From assembly GCA_026982475.1 (NCBI GenBank), contig JALSHB010000130.1:1-62290 (forward strand): DNA of 62,290 nucleotides, in the 5' to 3' direction. How positions within the stretch are numbered: position 1 is the stretch's first letter; every line of letters starts with the position of its first letter. A model generated the notes under the pieces. That model saw nothing but the letters and a program-made list of their open reading frames with translations, was not told the origin of the DNA and did not search any database. The stretch comes from Chromatiales bacterium (lineage in GTDB: Bacteria > Pseudomonadota > Gammaproteobacteria > SZUA-152). Both the position numbers and the translations under genes were made by a program. This document shows, one piece after another, positions 23,261-32,390 of the stretch.

Positions 23261-24364
23261 CTACTGCCTGCGTGCACGTTGGTAGGCGGCCTCGGAGAGC
23301 TGGCCCCACTCGTCGTGGTCGCTCATGAAGGCGCGGTAGTCTTCATAGACCTTTTTGAACGCGGGGTCCTTGGCCGCCTCCTCGTCCAGCACCTCAAGGG
23401 TGAGGCGGTGCAGTTCGGCCAGCACGTCATCGGGAAAGGGCAGCACCTGGACCCTGTGTTCGTCCTTCAGGCGCCGCAGGGCCTGCATGTTGCGGGCCTC
23501 GAACTGGTTCAGCATCCACTGGTTGGTGTCGGACGCGGCGACCTCGACAGCCTTCTGCAGATCCGCCGGCAGGCCGGCCCAGGCCTGGGCATTGACCGTC
23601 AGCTCCAGCACGGGGCCAGGCTCGTGCCAGCCGGGGTAGTAGTAGTACTTGGCGGCGCGGTACAGGCCCAGGCGCTCGTCGTGAAAGGGACCGACCCATT
23701 CCGTGGCGTCGATGGTGCCGCGATCCAGGGCGGTGTAGATCTCGCCGCCGGCCATCAGCACCGGGGTGCCGCCGGCCTTGGCGAAGACCTTGCCGCCGAG
23801 GCCGGGGATGCGCATCTTCAGGCCCTTGAGGTCGGCCACGGAGTCGATCTTCTTGTTGAACCAGCCGCCCATCTGCACCCCGGTGTTGCCCATGGGGAAG
23901 GGCACCAGGTTGTGCGGCTGGTACAGCTCGCGCCACAGCGCCAGGCCGTCGCCGGCCGACAGCCAGGCGTTCATGCCCTGGGCGTTCATGCCGAAGGGCA
24001 CGGCGGTGAAGAACTGCGCGGCGGGCAGCTTGCCGGCCCAGTAGTAGCCGGCGCCATGGCCCATCTCCACCATGCCCTGCGACACCGCGTCGAACACCTG
24101 CAGGGCCGGCACCAGCTCGCCGCCGGCGAACACCTTGATCTTCAGGCGGCCGTTGCTGAGGGTGTCCACGTCCTTGGCGAAACGCTGCACGCCCTCCTGA
24201 AAGATGGGGAAATTGGGCGGCCAGGTGGTGACGATCTTCCAGTTGTAGGTCTTGGCCGGCGCGGCCGCCGCGCCACCTTCCGGCGCGCCGGACTGGCCGC
24301 CGCAGCCGCTGAGCACAGCGCCGATGGTGACAAGCATGAAAAGGGTTGAGATAAACGTGCGCAT
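23261..24364 (-). CDS. TRAP transporter substrate-binding protein (DctP, TakP-like), lipoprotein
   Basis: LSGC lipobox; motifs GNTGVQMGGWF, MRIPGLGG, DATEW and YYYPGWHEPG. Confidence 0.9.
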   Translation of the reverse strand: MRTFISTLFMLVTIGAVLSGCGGQSGAPEGGAAAAPAKTYNWKIVTTWPPNFPIFQEGVQRFAKDVDTLSNGRLKIKVFAGGELVPALQVFDAVSQGMVEMGHGAGYYWAGKLPAAQFFTAVPFGMNAQGMNAWLSAGDGLALWRELYQPHNLVPFPMGNTGVQMGGWFNKKIDSVADLKGLKMRIPGLGGKVFAKAGGTPVLMAGGEIYTALDRGTIDATEWVGPFHDERLGLYRAAKYYYYPGWHEPGPVLELTVNAQAWAGLPADLQKAVEVAASDTNQWMLNQFEARNMQALRRLKDEHRVQVLPFPDDVLAELHRLTLEVLDEEAAKDPAFKKVYEDYRAFMSDHDEWGQLSEAAYQRARRQ

Positions 24365-24494
24365 GTAGGGGTGCCTTGCCGTGAACGGGGGTGACCGGCG
24401 CCGGCATGCCGGCGTGGCCGCGAAAATTGGGGATTATAGCGGTTTCTGGTGCCTTTACGCAGGCACTTTTCGCCGACGCACTTTTCGCCGGTAC

Positions 24495-24527
24495 AAAAAA
24501 GCCCCGCCGCGAACGACGAGGCTTTTT
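24495..24527. terminator. Intrinsic terminator downstream of tal
   Basis: A-tract, GC stem-loop, T-tract. Confidence 0.7.
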
Positions 24528-24544
24528 GCACCGTTGCGGCAGGC

Positions 24545-25516
24545 TCAGGCGGCCTGCTGGCGGGCGATCTCCTGCACCAGCTGTTCCAGCTTCAGGGTAT
24601 CGGCGGTGAAGCCGCGAATGCCCTCGGCGAGCTTTTCCGTGGCCATGGCGTCTTCGTTCATCAGCCAGCGGAAGCGGGGTTCGTCGAGTTCGATGCGCTC
24701 GATGTCGGCCGCGCGGGCCATTTCCGGCGACAGCTTGCGCGGCAGCTCGCCCTCGCTGTTCTGCAGCTGTTCCATCAGCGCGGGGGCGATGGTCAGCAGG
24801 TCGCAGCCGGCCAGTTCCATGATTTCATCGATGTTGCGGAAGCTGGCGCCCATCACCACGGTGGCGTAGTCGAACTTCTTGAGGTACTGGTAAATGGTGG
24901 TGACCGATTTCACGCCGGGATCCTCGGCGGCGGCGTAGCCATCCACGCCCTCGGCCTTTTTGTACCAGTCCATGATGCGGCCGACGAAGGGCGAGATCAG
25001 GGTTGCACCGGCCTCGGCGGCGCCAACGGCCTGGGCGAGGCTGAACATCAGGGTCAGGTTGCAGTGGATGCCTTTTTTCTCCAGCACCTCGGCGGCGCGG
25101 ATGCCTTCCCAGGTCGAGGCGATCTTGATCAGGATGCGCGCGCTGTCCACCCCGGCCTCGCGGTACAGGGCGATGAGCTGTTCGGCGCGGGCGACGGTGG
25201 CGGCGGTGTCGAAGGACAGGCGTGCATCCACTTCGGTGGAGACGCGGCCGGGCACGATGTCGAGGATTTCACGGCCGAAGTTGACGGCGATCTTGTCCAG
25301 GGTCAGCAGGCGGCGCTGCTCTTCGCTGCCGCCCCTGGCCTGGCCGTATTCGATCGCCGACTGTACCAGCGGCTGGTACTGCGGCATCTGCGCCGCCTTG
25401 TACAGCAGCGAGGGGTTGGTGGTGGCGTCGCTGGGCCGGTACTGGCGGATGGATTCGATATCGCCGGTGTCGGCCACCACGGTGGTCATGCTGCGTAATT
25501 GTTCGAGCTTGTTCAT
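24545..25516 (-). CDS. tal: Transaldolase
   Basis: Motifs [33 protein letters not shown] and MGASFR. Confidence 0.97.
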   Translation of the reverse strand: MNKLEQLRSMTTVVADTGDIESIRQYRPSDATTNPSLLYKAAQMPQYQPLVQSAIEYGQARGGSEEQRRLLTLDKIAVNFGREILDIVPGRVSTEVDARLSFDTAATVARAEQLIALYREAGVDSARILIKIASTWEGIRAAEVLEKKGIHCNLTLMFSLAQAVGAAEAGATLISPFVGRIMDWYKKAEGVDGYAAAEDPGVKSVTTIYQYLKKFDYATVVMGASFRNIDEIMELAGCDLLTIAPALMEQLQNSEGELPRKLSPEMARAADIERIELDEPRFRWLMNEDAMATEKLAEGIRGFTADTLKLEQLVQEIARQQAA

Positions 25517-25626
25517 TGCGTCTGTCCTTTGAATGCGCCAGTTTTAGGGGAGTGTTACAGGCTGATGCTAGCGGCCATGTCTTGAATGACTTTAGTCTGC
25601 TGAGACTTGGATGCAATGATCGCCGC

Positions 25627-26670
25627 TTAGTTCGCCGGCAGGCGTATCCACAGATGGCTGTACCAGTAATAGCGGCCGCGCTGTGACGAGGGCGCGGTGC
25701 AGTTGTAGCGGCTGCGGCCCACGGGCAGCGGCTCGCCGGCCCGCACCGCGAAGCGGCGGGTCGCACGGTCTTCCCAGGCCACCTCGACGCGCCCCTGCCC
25801 GGAGACGAAACAGGCGAGTTGGCCGAGACGCGCCTCGCTGTCGCCCAGGGTCACGCGCAGGCGCGGCGGGTTGTCGGCGGCGTCGATCACCGGCTCCCAC
25901 GGCTCGGCCGACAGCACCGGCAGGGCCAGGCTGGCGATCTTGGTGCGGAAGCCGTCCATGTCGGCGAAGCGCTCCGACATGGGATAACGCGGCAGGGCGC
26001 GGAGGTCATAGCCCAGCCCGGCCGGGCCGGATTGCTGGCCGAAGGCGGTGTAGCCCAGTTCGGCAACCAGATCCGCCAGCGCCGTGTTGAACTCACCGTA
26101 GGGATAGGCCAGCAGCATCGGTGCCTCGCCCAGTTCCTCTTTCAGGCGCCGTTGCGCGCGCTGGATGTCCTCGCGCAGGCGCGTCAGCCAGGCCGCGTCG
26201 GTCTCGCCGGGGCGGCGGCGGATGAGGTGGTCGTGGCTGGCGGAATGATTGGCGAAACTGGCGCCGTGCCGTTGCATTTCGCGCATCTGCTGCCAGCTCA
26301 TCAGGGCCTTGTAGCCGCGGTCGACGCCATCGGTGGCGACGAACACGGTAAACGGCCAGCCGCGCGCGCGCAGGCGCGGGAAGGCCTCGGTGTAGACGGA
26401 AGTGTAGGCGTCGTCGATGGTGATGGCCACCACCCGCGCCGGGAAGGGCTTGTCGTCGCGCAGGTGCCGCACCACCCTTTGCAGCGGCCAGACCTGGTAA
26501 CCGTTGTCGGCGATGTAGTCGAGATGGGCCTCGAACTGCGCCAGCCGCACATTGGTCGACGGGTATTTTTCGACCCCGAAGTGGTGATACATGAAGATCA
26601 CCGCCTGGCGCTCCGCGGCGCTGCTGGCCGCAGCAAAAACAAAGATCAGCAGAAGCAACAGCCAGCGCAT
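25627..26670 (-). CDS. Exported polysaccharide deacetylase
   Basis: Signal peptide; motifs MYHH, ITIDD, NHSASH and AYPYGE. Confidence 0.9.
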   Translation of the reverse strand: MRWLLLLLIFVFAAASSAAERQAVIFMYHHFGVEKYPSTNVRLAQFEAHLDYIADNGYQVWPLQRVVRHLRDDKPFPARVVAITIDDAYTSVYTEAFPRLRARGWPFTVFVATDGVDRGYKALMSWQQMREMQRHGASFANHSASHDHLIRRRPGETDAAWLTRLREDIQRAQRRLKEELGEAPMLLAYPYGEFNTALADLVAELGYTAFGQQSGPAGLGYDLRALPRYPMSERFADMDGFRTKIASLALPVLSAEPWEPVIDAADNPPRLRVTLGDSEARLGQLACFVSGQGRVEVAWEDRATRRFAVRAGEPLPVGRSRYNCTAPSSQRGRYYWYSHLWIRLPAN

Positions 26671-26767
26671 GGATGATTCCAGTGGTTCGTGGTTGGGCCA
26701 GCCAGTCTACCGCAGACGCCGCGCCTTGTTACAATGACCGGCTCCACCCCGTTGTCACGAGCACGCC

Positions 26768-28102
26768 ATGAAAGCCCCCGAACTCCTCTCCCCCGCCGGC
26801 ACCCTGCACAACATGCGCTACGCCCTGGCCTATGGCGCCGACGCCGTGTACGCCGGCCAGCCACGCTACAGCCTGCGCGCGCGTAACAACGACTTTGACC
26901 TCGAACACCTCGGCATCGGCATCGAGGAGGCCCACGCCCAGGGCAAGCGCTTCTACGTCGCCAGCAACATCTCGCCGCACAACCGCAAGGTGGACACCTA
27001 TCTGGCCGACATGGCGCCGGTGATCGCACTCGGCCCCGACGCGCTGATCATGGCCGACCCGGGCCTGATGATGCTGGTGCGTGAAAAGTGGCCGGAGATG
27101 CCCATCCACCTCTCGGTGCAGGCCAACACGGTGAATTACGCGGCGGTGAAGTTCTGGCAGACCCAGGGCATTGAGCGGGTGATCCTGTCGCGCGAGCTGT
27201 CACTGGACGAGATCGACGACATCCGCCAGCGCTGCCCGGACATGGAGCTGGAGGTGTTCGTGCACGGCGCCCTGTGCATCGCCTACTCCGGGCGCTGCCT
27301 GCTGTCCGGCTACTTCAACCGCCGCGACCCCAACCAGGGCACCTGCACCAACGCCTGCCGCTGGGACTACCGCGTCAGCCCCGCCATGGAAGACGCCACC
27401 GGCGACCTGCGCGCCGTGAGCCTGGCCGAGATCCAGGCCGCGCCGTCGGCCTGCGGCGACCTGCCGCGCCACCCGCTGGCCGACCGGCCGGTGCTGATCG
27501 AAGAGGGCGGCCGGCCCGGCGAGCAGATGGTGATGGAGGAAGACGAGCACGGCACCTACATCCTCAACTCCAAGGATCTGCGCGCCCTGGAGCACGTCGC
27601 CCGGCTGTGCGAGATCGGCGTCGACTGCCTGAAGATCGAGGGCCGCACCAAGTCCCACTATTACGCCGCGCGCACCGCCCAGGTCTACCGCCAGGCCATC
27701 GACGACGCCGTGGCCGGACGCGAATTCGACCCGCGCCTGCTGGGGGTACTGGAAGGGCTCGCCAATCGTGGTTACACCGACGGCTTCTATCAGCGCCACC
27801 ACGTCGCCGAGCACCAGAATTATCTGCAGGGCCACTCGGTGAGCAACGAACAACAGTTCTGCGGCGAGATCGTCGCGGTGAGCGACGGACAGGCGGAGAT
27901 CCTCGCCAAGAACAAGTTCCGCGTCGGTGACCGGGTGGAAGTGATTCGCCCCGAGGGCAATCGGCAGATGCGGATCGAGGCCATGACCGACCTGCAGGGC
28001 CATCCACTGGACGAGGCCCCCGGCGGCGGCCACCGGGTGCGGATTCCATGGCCAGACGGGCTGCCGAAGCTGGGATTGCTGGCACGTTATCTGCGCGAGT
28101 AG
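26768..28102 (+). CDS. trhP: U32-family tRNA hydroxylation protein TrhP (YegQ)
   Basis: Motifs PELLSPAG, LCIAYSGRCLLS, GTCTNACRW and KIEGRTKSHYY. Confidence 0.92.
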   Translation: MKAPELLSPAGTLHNMRYALAYGADAVYAGQPRYSLRARNNDFDLEHLGIGIEEAHAQGKRFYVASNISPHNRKVDTYLADMAPVIALGPDALIMADPGLMMLVREKWPEMPIHLSVQANTVNYAAVKFWQTQGIERVILSRELSLDEIDDIRQRCPDMELEVFVHGALCIAYSGRCLLSGYFNRRDPNQGTCTNACRWDYRVSPAMEDATGDLRAVSLAEIQAAPSACGDLPRHPLADRPVLIEEGGRPGEQMVMEEDEHGTYILNSKDLRALEHVARLCEIGVDCLKIEGRTKSHYYAARTAQVYRQAIDDAVAGREFDPRLLGVLEGLANRGYTDGFYQRHHVAEHQNYLQGHSVSNEQQFCGEIVAVSDGQAEILAKNKFRVGDRVEVIRPEGNRQMRIEAMTDLQGHPLDEAPGGGHRVRIPWPDGLPKLGLLARYLRE

Positions 28103-28138
28103 GTCTTTCATCACAGGGTACGGAGACCGCGAGAAAAC

Positions 28139-28212
28139 TGTCCGCAAAGAACGCCAATGAACGCGAATTAAAAAACAAGGGATTTCGCGTTCATTGGCGT
28201 TCTTTGCGGACA
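28139..28212. repeat. Perfect 29-bp inverted repeat between convergent genes
   Basis: tgtccgcaaagaacgccaatgaacgcgaa (28139-28167) and its reverse complement (28184-28212). Confidence 0.9.
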
Positions 28213-28253
28213 TATTTCGTTTTTCTCCGCAGCGCCGTCATGACCAAACCCAA

Positions 28254-28862
28254 CTACGGCACGTCCACCAGGGCAATGTCCGGCAGACGCAGGATGACTT
28301 CCTCCACCGTATCGCAGCTCTCCAGCACCTCCACCACACTCAGTGAGGGCTCGGCCCAGATCTCCGGCAGATCAGCCTCGTCTGTGCCACCGCTTCCCAC
28401 GACAAAGGCCAATCGTTCCACCGGCGGGGTGAACCGCGCATCGACGCCCGGCTTGTTGCCGCGCGCATCGATGCGATACCAACCATGCCTTTTCAGATAG
28501 ACCGCATTCAGACCATGCAGGCAATAGGGTGCGCCATCGTCGTTGACGCTCAGGCGCTGGTAGCACAGCCCGGCGGGGATGCCGTTGGCGCGCAACAGGG
28601 CGGCGAGCAGATGGCTCTTGGCGTAGCAGTAGCCGGTGCGGTGGGCGAGCACCTCGGAGGCGACGCAGGTCACCGGGCCCTGCCGGTGGTCCCAGCTGTG
28701 GCGAACCTCGTCGCGCACCCATGCGAAGCAGGCGCGGGCGATGGCCTCATCGTCACCATCGGTGTCGTGGGCCAGGGAGCGGGCGAGTTGGAGGATGGCG
28801 GGTGTCTGCCAGTCGATGATGCGGCTGGCGGCAAGAAAGGGCTGCAGATCCTCGTTCTCCAT
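28254..28862 (-). CDS. Transglutaminase-like protein
   Basis: GYCYAKSHL (Cys), HGLNA (His) and WYRIDARG (Asp). Start at ATG 28862. Confidence 0.88.
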   Translation of the reverse strand: MENEDLQPFLAASRIIDWQTPAILQLARSLAHDTDGDDEAIARACFAWVRDEVRHSWDHRQGPVTCVASEVLAHRTGYCYAKSHLLAALLRANGIPAGLCYQRLSVNDDGAPYCLHGLNAVYLKRHGWYRIDARGNKPGVDARFTPPVERLAFVVGSGGTDEADLPEIWAEPSLSVVEVLESCDTVEEVILRLPDIALVDVP

Positions 28863-28885
28863 GGTGGAATCCTTTTTCGATGGAC

Positions 28886-28918
28886 AAAAAAACCGCGCCC
28901 CACGAAGGCGGGGCACGG
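28886..28918 (-). terminator. Probable terminator of the carbonic anhydrase gene
   Basis: GC stem followed by a 7-T tract on the minus strand. Confidence 0.6.
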
Positions 28919-28995
28919 CGTGTCTGCTGGCGTCGATCCGGCCCGGGGCAAGTGGCCGATCCTGCCACCGCCCCGGCGCATCGATCAAGCGCGGC

Positions 28996-29856
28996 TCAGA
29001 TCTCCGACAACAGGTCGGGGTTGATGACCAGGTTTCTCACGCCATGGGCATGGTCCTCGTTGAAGACGTTATCCTCGCACCAGGCATCCACCGTGGCGAT
29101 ATTGACCTTGGCGACCTTGGGGCGAACGCTCCAGGTGACCTGGAAGGGCGAGCCCTTTTCGTTATAGCCTGGGCCGGTGGTAGAGCCAGCATACTGAATC
29201 GGCGTCCCCGTGTGGTTGGGAATGTTGAGGGCCTGCGGCCGGCCATTCTTCACGCCGTGTTTGGTGAGTTCGCGGAAATCGAGCGCATTGCTGTCGTTGA
29301 CCAGCACGTACACCTGGGTCTCCACACGCAGCTGCGGGTTCTTGATGGCGTCGCTGAGGCAGGAGCCCAGGGTCGGGCCAGGCTGGACCTGGGCCGTGGA
29401 GTGGACGTAATGCACCTCAATGGTATCGCCAGGAGACAGGGCGCCATGTTTGCTCGGACAGGCGCTGGCCGGTTCCAACTCATCAGCGCTGAGCTTGCCG
29501 GTGTATTTGTAGCCGCTCTGGTAACCATGGCCATCACCGTTGCCCGCGTATTCGGTAAACTCGCCGCCCTTGTGCTCGGCATTCTTGTGAAAGTGGATAT
29601 TGCAGAGGTGCATGTCTTGGTAGGCAGGTGCGGCGCTGAACAGGATCGGGTTACGACCTTCCCTGGCGTCGATGTCACGCGGTGACTGAGGCCCGAAACC
29701 CTTGCCCTGGGTATTCCTGGCAAGCGCGGCCCGCTGGTCGGCGATAACCTGATCCGAGACCTGGCCGTGATGATCATCATGCCCACTGCCGGCCAGTGCA
29801 ATGGTGCCTAGCGTAAAGGATGCGGCGAATGCAACTACCATGCTGGATCGAATCAT
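28996..29856 (-). CDS. Delta-class carbonic anhydrase-like exported protein
   Basis: Signal peptide; motifs GPQSPRDI, LCNIHFHKNAEH, IEVHYVHS, NPQLRV, YAGSTTG, VTWSV and HAHGVR; RBS gaggag. Confidence 0.8.
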   Translation of the reverse strand: MIRSSMVVAFAASFTLGTIALAGSGHDDHHGQVSDQVIADQRAALARNTQGKGFGPQSPRDIDAREGRNPILFSAAPAYQDMHLCNIHFHKNAEHKGGEFTEYAGNGDGHGYQSGYKYTGKLSADELEPASACPSKHGALSPGDTIEVHYVHSTAQVQPGPTLGSCLSDAIKNPQLRVETQVYVLVNDSNALDFRELTKHGVKNGRPQALNIPNHTGTPIQYAGSTTGPGYNEKGSPFQVTWSVRPKVAKVNIATVDAWCEDNVFNEDHAHGVRNLVINPDLLSEI

Positions 29857-29883
29857 TGTTGTTCTCCTCACGTTATATGTTAT

Positions 29884-30200
29884 GTATCTATTCACCACAG
29901 AGGCACAGAGAACACAGAGAATGCATCAGTGGGAGGCAATGCCCCGGGTGGCGATGTGGCCTGCCCGACGACCTGGCATTTCATTTCTCCGTGAACGCCG
30001 TGTCTCTGTGGTGAATCAGAGGACGCTGGCACCGGAGGCCGGCCCACGATATCCAACGCAACGGGCGCAAAGGTTTTCTGAAAGAATTTCCTTTGCGTCC
30101 TCTGTGCCTTTGCGGCCTCTGCGTTTCATGCCATTCCCGGCATGAACCTGAAGAGCCTTTCTCTGCGCCTCCGTGTCTCTGTGGTGAGCTGAACAGTTAC
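29884..30200 (+). mobile_element. 317-bp MITE with IS66-like termini
   Basis: Ends GTATCTATTCA ... TGAACAGTTAC; 8-bp TSD TATGTTAT (29876-29883, 30201-30208); other copies at 783 and 31030. Confidence 0.9.
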
Positions 30201-30349
30201 TATGTTATTAACCTGAACAGATCGCACTGCTGGCCACTTCTACGGGATCGCATTCTTGCAAAGGGAGTCACGCCGTGTACCAAAGAATCATGCCTGGCGG
30301 TGCAACTTTCAGGTCATACAGGGGACATAATCTATTATTTGCCGATACC

Positions 30350-30366
30350 CTTAAGCAAAACTTAAG
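30350..30366. promoter_or_regulatory. PmrA/QseB-type response regulator box
   Basis: Perfect CTTAAG-N5-CTTAAG direct repeat about 100 nt upstream of the HbpS-like gene. Confidence 0.6.
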
Positions 30367-30464
30367 GCAACTCCAGCCAAAGTTTCCAGCGCCTGGGAAT
30401 CTGGGGCGGCAGGGAAAACCATGACCAATGACACAAACCAACAACAGCCACTCAAGAGGCCGTC

Positions 30465-30983
30465 ATGAAAAAATGCATACAAACCATCATTGTTAGCCTG
30501 TCCCTGTCGGTGATGGCTTCTCCGGCCGCGCTGGCCGAAGAAGATGAACAGCCGGTGCTAGTCAACATCCCGCGGATGTCCCTCGACACGGCGCTGAGCG
30601 CCGCCCGGGCGACCATCGATGCCTGCCGCAAGGAGGGCGTGCAGGTGGCGGTGACCATCGTCGATCGCGGCGGCCACCCGCAGGTGGTGCTGCGCGATGT
30701 GCTGGCGATGGATCTGACCCTCGCCGTCAGCCGTGACAAGGCCTGGACCGCGCTGTCCTTCAACACCCCGACCTCTCGGCTCACACAGCGTTTCACCTCG
30801 CCCTTTTCCGTGGCCAAGACACCCGGCCTGGTGTTCTCCGCCGGCGGTCTGCCCATCCAGGCCGGTGGCGCCATTGTCGGCGGCATCGGGGTATCCGGCG
30901 CGCCGTCGGGCGAGACCGACGAAAGGTGCGCCCGGGCCGGACTGGAAGCGATTCAGGACGATCTGGAAATGGCGGAGATGTGA
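30465..30983 (+). CDS. GlcG/HbpS-family heme-binding exported protein
   Basis: Signal peptide; motifs VTIVDRGG, KAWTA, GGLPI, GGIGVSGA and DERCA. Confidence 0.88.
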   Translation: MKKCIQTIIVSLSLSVMASPAALAEEDEQPVLVNIPRMSLDTALSAARATIDACRKEGVQVAVTIVDRGGHPQVVLRDVLAMDLTLAVSRDKAWTALSFNTPTSRLTQRFTSPFSVAKTPGLVFSAGGLPIQAGGAIVGGIGVSGAPSGETDERCARAGLEAIQDDLEMAEM

Positions 30984-31029
30984 GGTGGGCGCCCAGCCGC
31001 GGAACGGATAGCTGACCTATACTTCTAAC

Positions 31030-31339
31030 GTAACTATTCAGCTCACCACAGAGACACGGAGGCACAGAGAAAGGCTCTTCAGGTTCATGCCGGGAATGGC
31101 ATGAAACGCAGATGCCTCAAAGGCGCAGAGGGCGCAAAGGAAATCCTTTCAGAAAACCTTTGCGCCCGTTGCGTTGGATATCGTGGTTCGGCCTCCGGTG
31201 CCAACGCCCCCTGATTCACCCCAGAGACACGGCGTTCACGGAGAAATGAAATGCCAGGTCGTCGAGGCAGGCCACATCGCCACCCGGGGCATTGCCTCCC
31301 ACTGATGCATTCTCTGTGTTCTCTGTGGTGAATAGATAC
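31030..31339 (-). mobile_element. 310-bp MITE (inverted copy of 29884-30200)
   Basis: Ends GTAACTATTCA ... TGAATAGATAC; 8-bp TSD CTTCTAAC (31022-31029, 31340-31347). Confidence 0.9.
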
Positions 31340-31373
31340 CTTCTAACAAGGCAAACAAGAAAAGGAGAGAGAC

Positions 31374-31580
31374 ATGTTTCTGAAAGACAAAGCCAGTGGC
31401 GACCTGGTCGAGATACTCAATACCAATACCCTCGTGGACCCTTGCCGCGCGGAGGTCCAGGGGCGCTTCCATGCCGGCGAGGAAATGCAGGAGCCGCGGG
31501 AGTTCGCCAAGGCCGATCTGCTGTTTCCCTCCGGCGAACCCCTGCCCCGCTGCTGGATCGACCCGCACTATCGCGACTGA
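31374..31580 (+). CDS. Small conserved hypothetical protein (68 aa)
   Basis: Strong AAGGAG RBS; pattern GDLVE...GEEMQ...FPSGE.LPRCW.DPHY recalled from a small conserved family. Confidence 0.75.
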   Translation: MFLKDKASGDLVEILNTNTLVDPCRAEVQGRFHAGEEMQEPREFAKADLLFPSGEPLPRCWIDPHYRD

Positions 31581-31581
31581 T

Positions 31582-31935
31582 TCAGCCCGCCTCCGGGTCG
31601 AAGGCCCTCTGCTTCCAGAACACCCCGCTGCTGCCCAGCAGCGCGGTGGCGACGCTGATGTCCAGTATGGCAACCGCGAGCAGAAAAGAGTGATTGCCCT
31701 GCGCCAGGCCGGACAGGGTCGCGCCGGTAACGATCATCAGCGCCAGGAACACCAGAAAGCCCGGCCGGAACACCTGCCACAGCCGTGGCTTGCGCAGGCC
31801 GGCGATGCGGGCGAGATTCTTCCGGCATGGCCTGCGAAACAGGTATCTCGCCTTCAGTCCGCCGGTCAGCAGGCCGAGGGCGAGGGCCAGCAGGATCCAC
31901 TCAGGCTCCGGCTCAGGAATACTCCGGCCTTCCTT
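31582..31935 (-). pseudogene. 5'-truncated membrane protein gene
   Basis: The open frame ...EWILLALALGLLTGGLKARYLF...WQVFRPGFLVFLALMI...* is bounded upstream by an in-frame TAG, with no ATG at its 5' end. Confidence 0.5.
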
Positions 31936-31976
31936 CTAACACGAATCCCCCATCGATTTTAACCCCAACAGATCAT

Positions 31977-32389
<413 letters not shown>

Positions 32390-32390
<1 letters not shown>

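Noticed and set aside
29884-31339. Composite transposon carrying the HbpS-like gene
   Set aside because: Each MITE has its own distinct 8-bp TSD and the outer flanks differ, so these are independent insertions.
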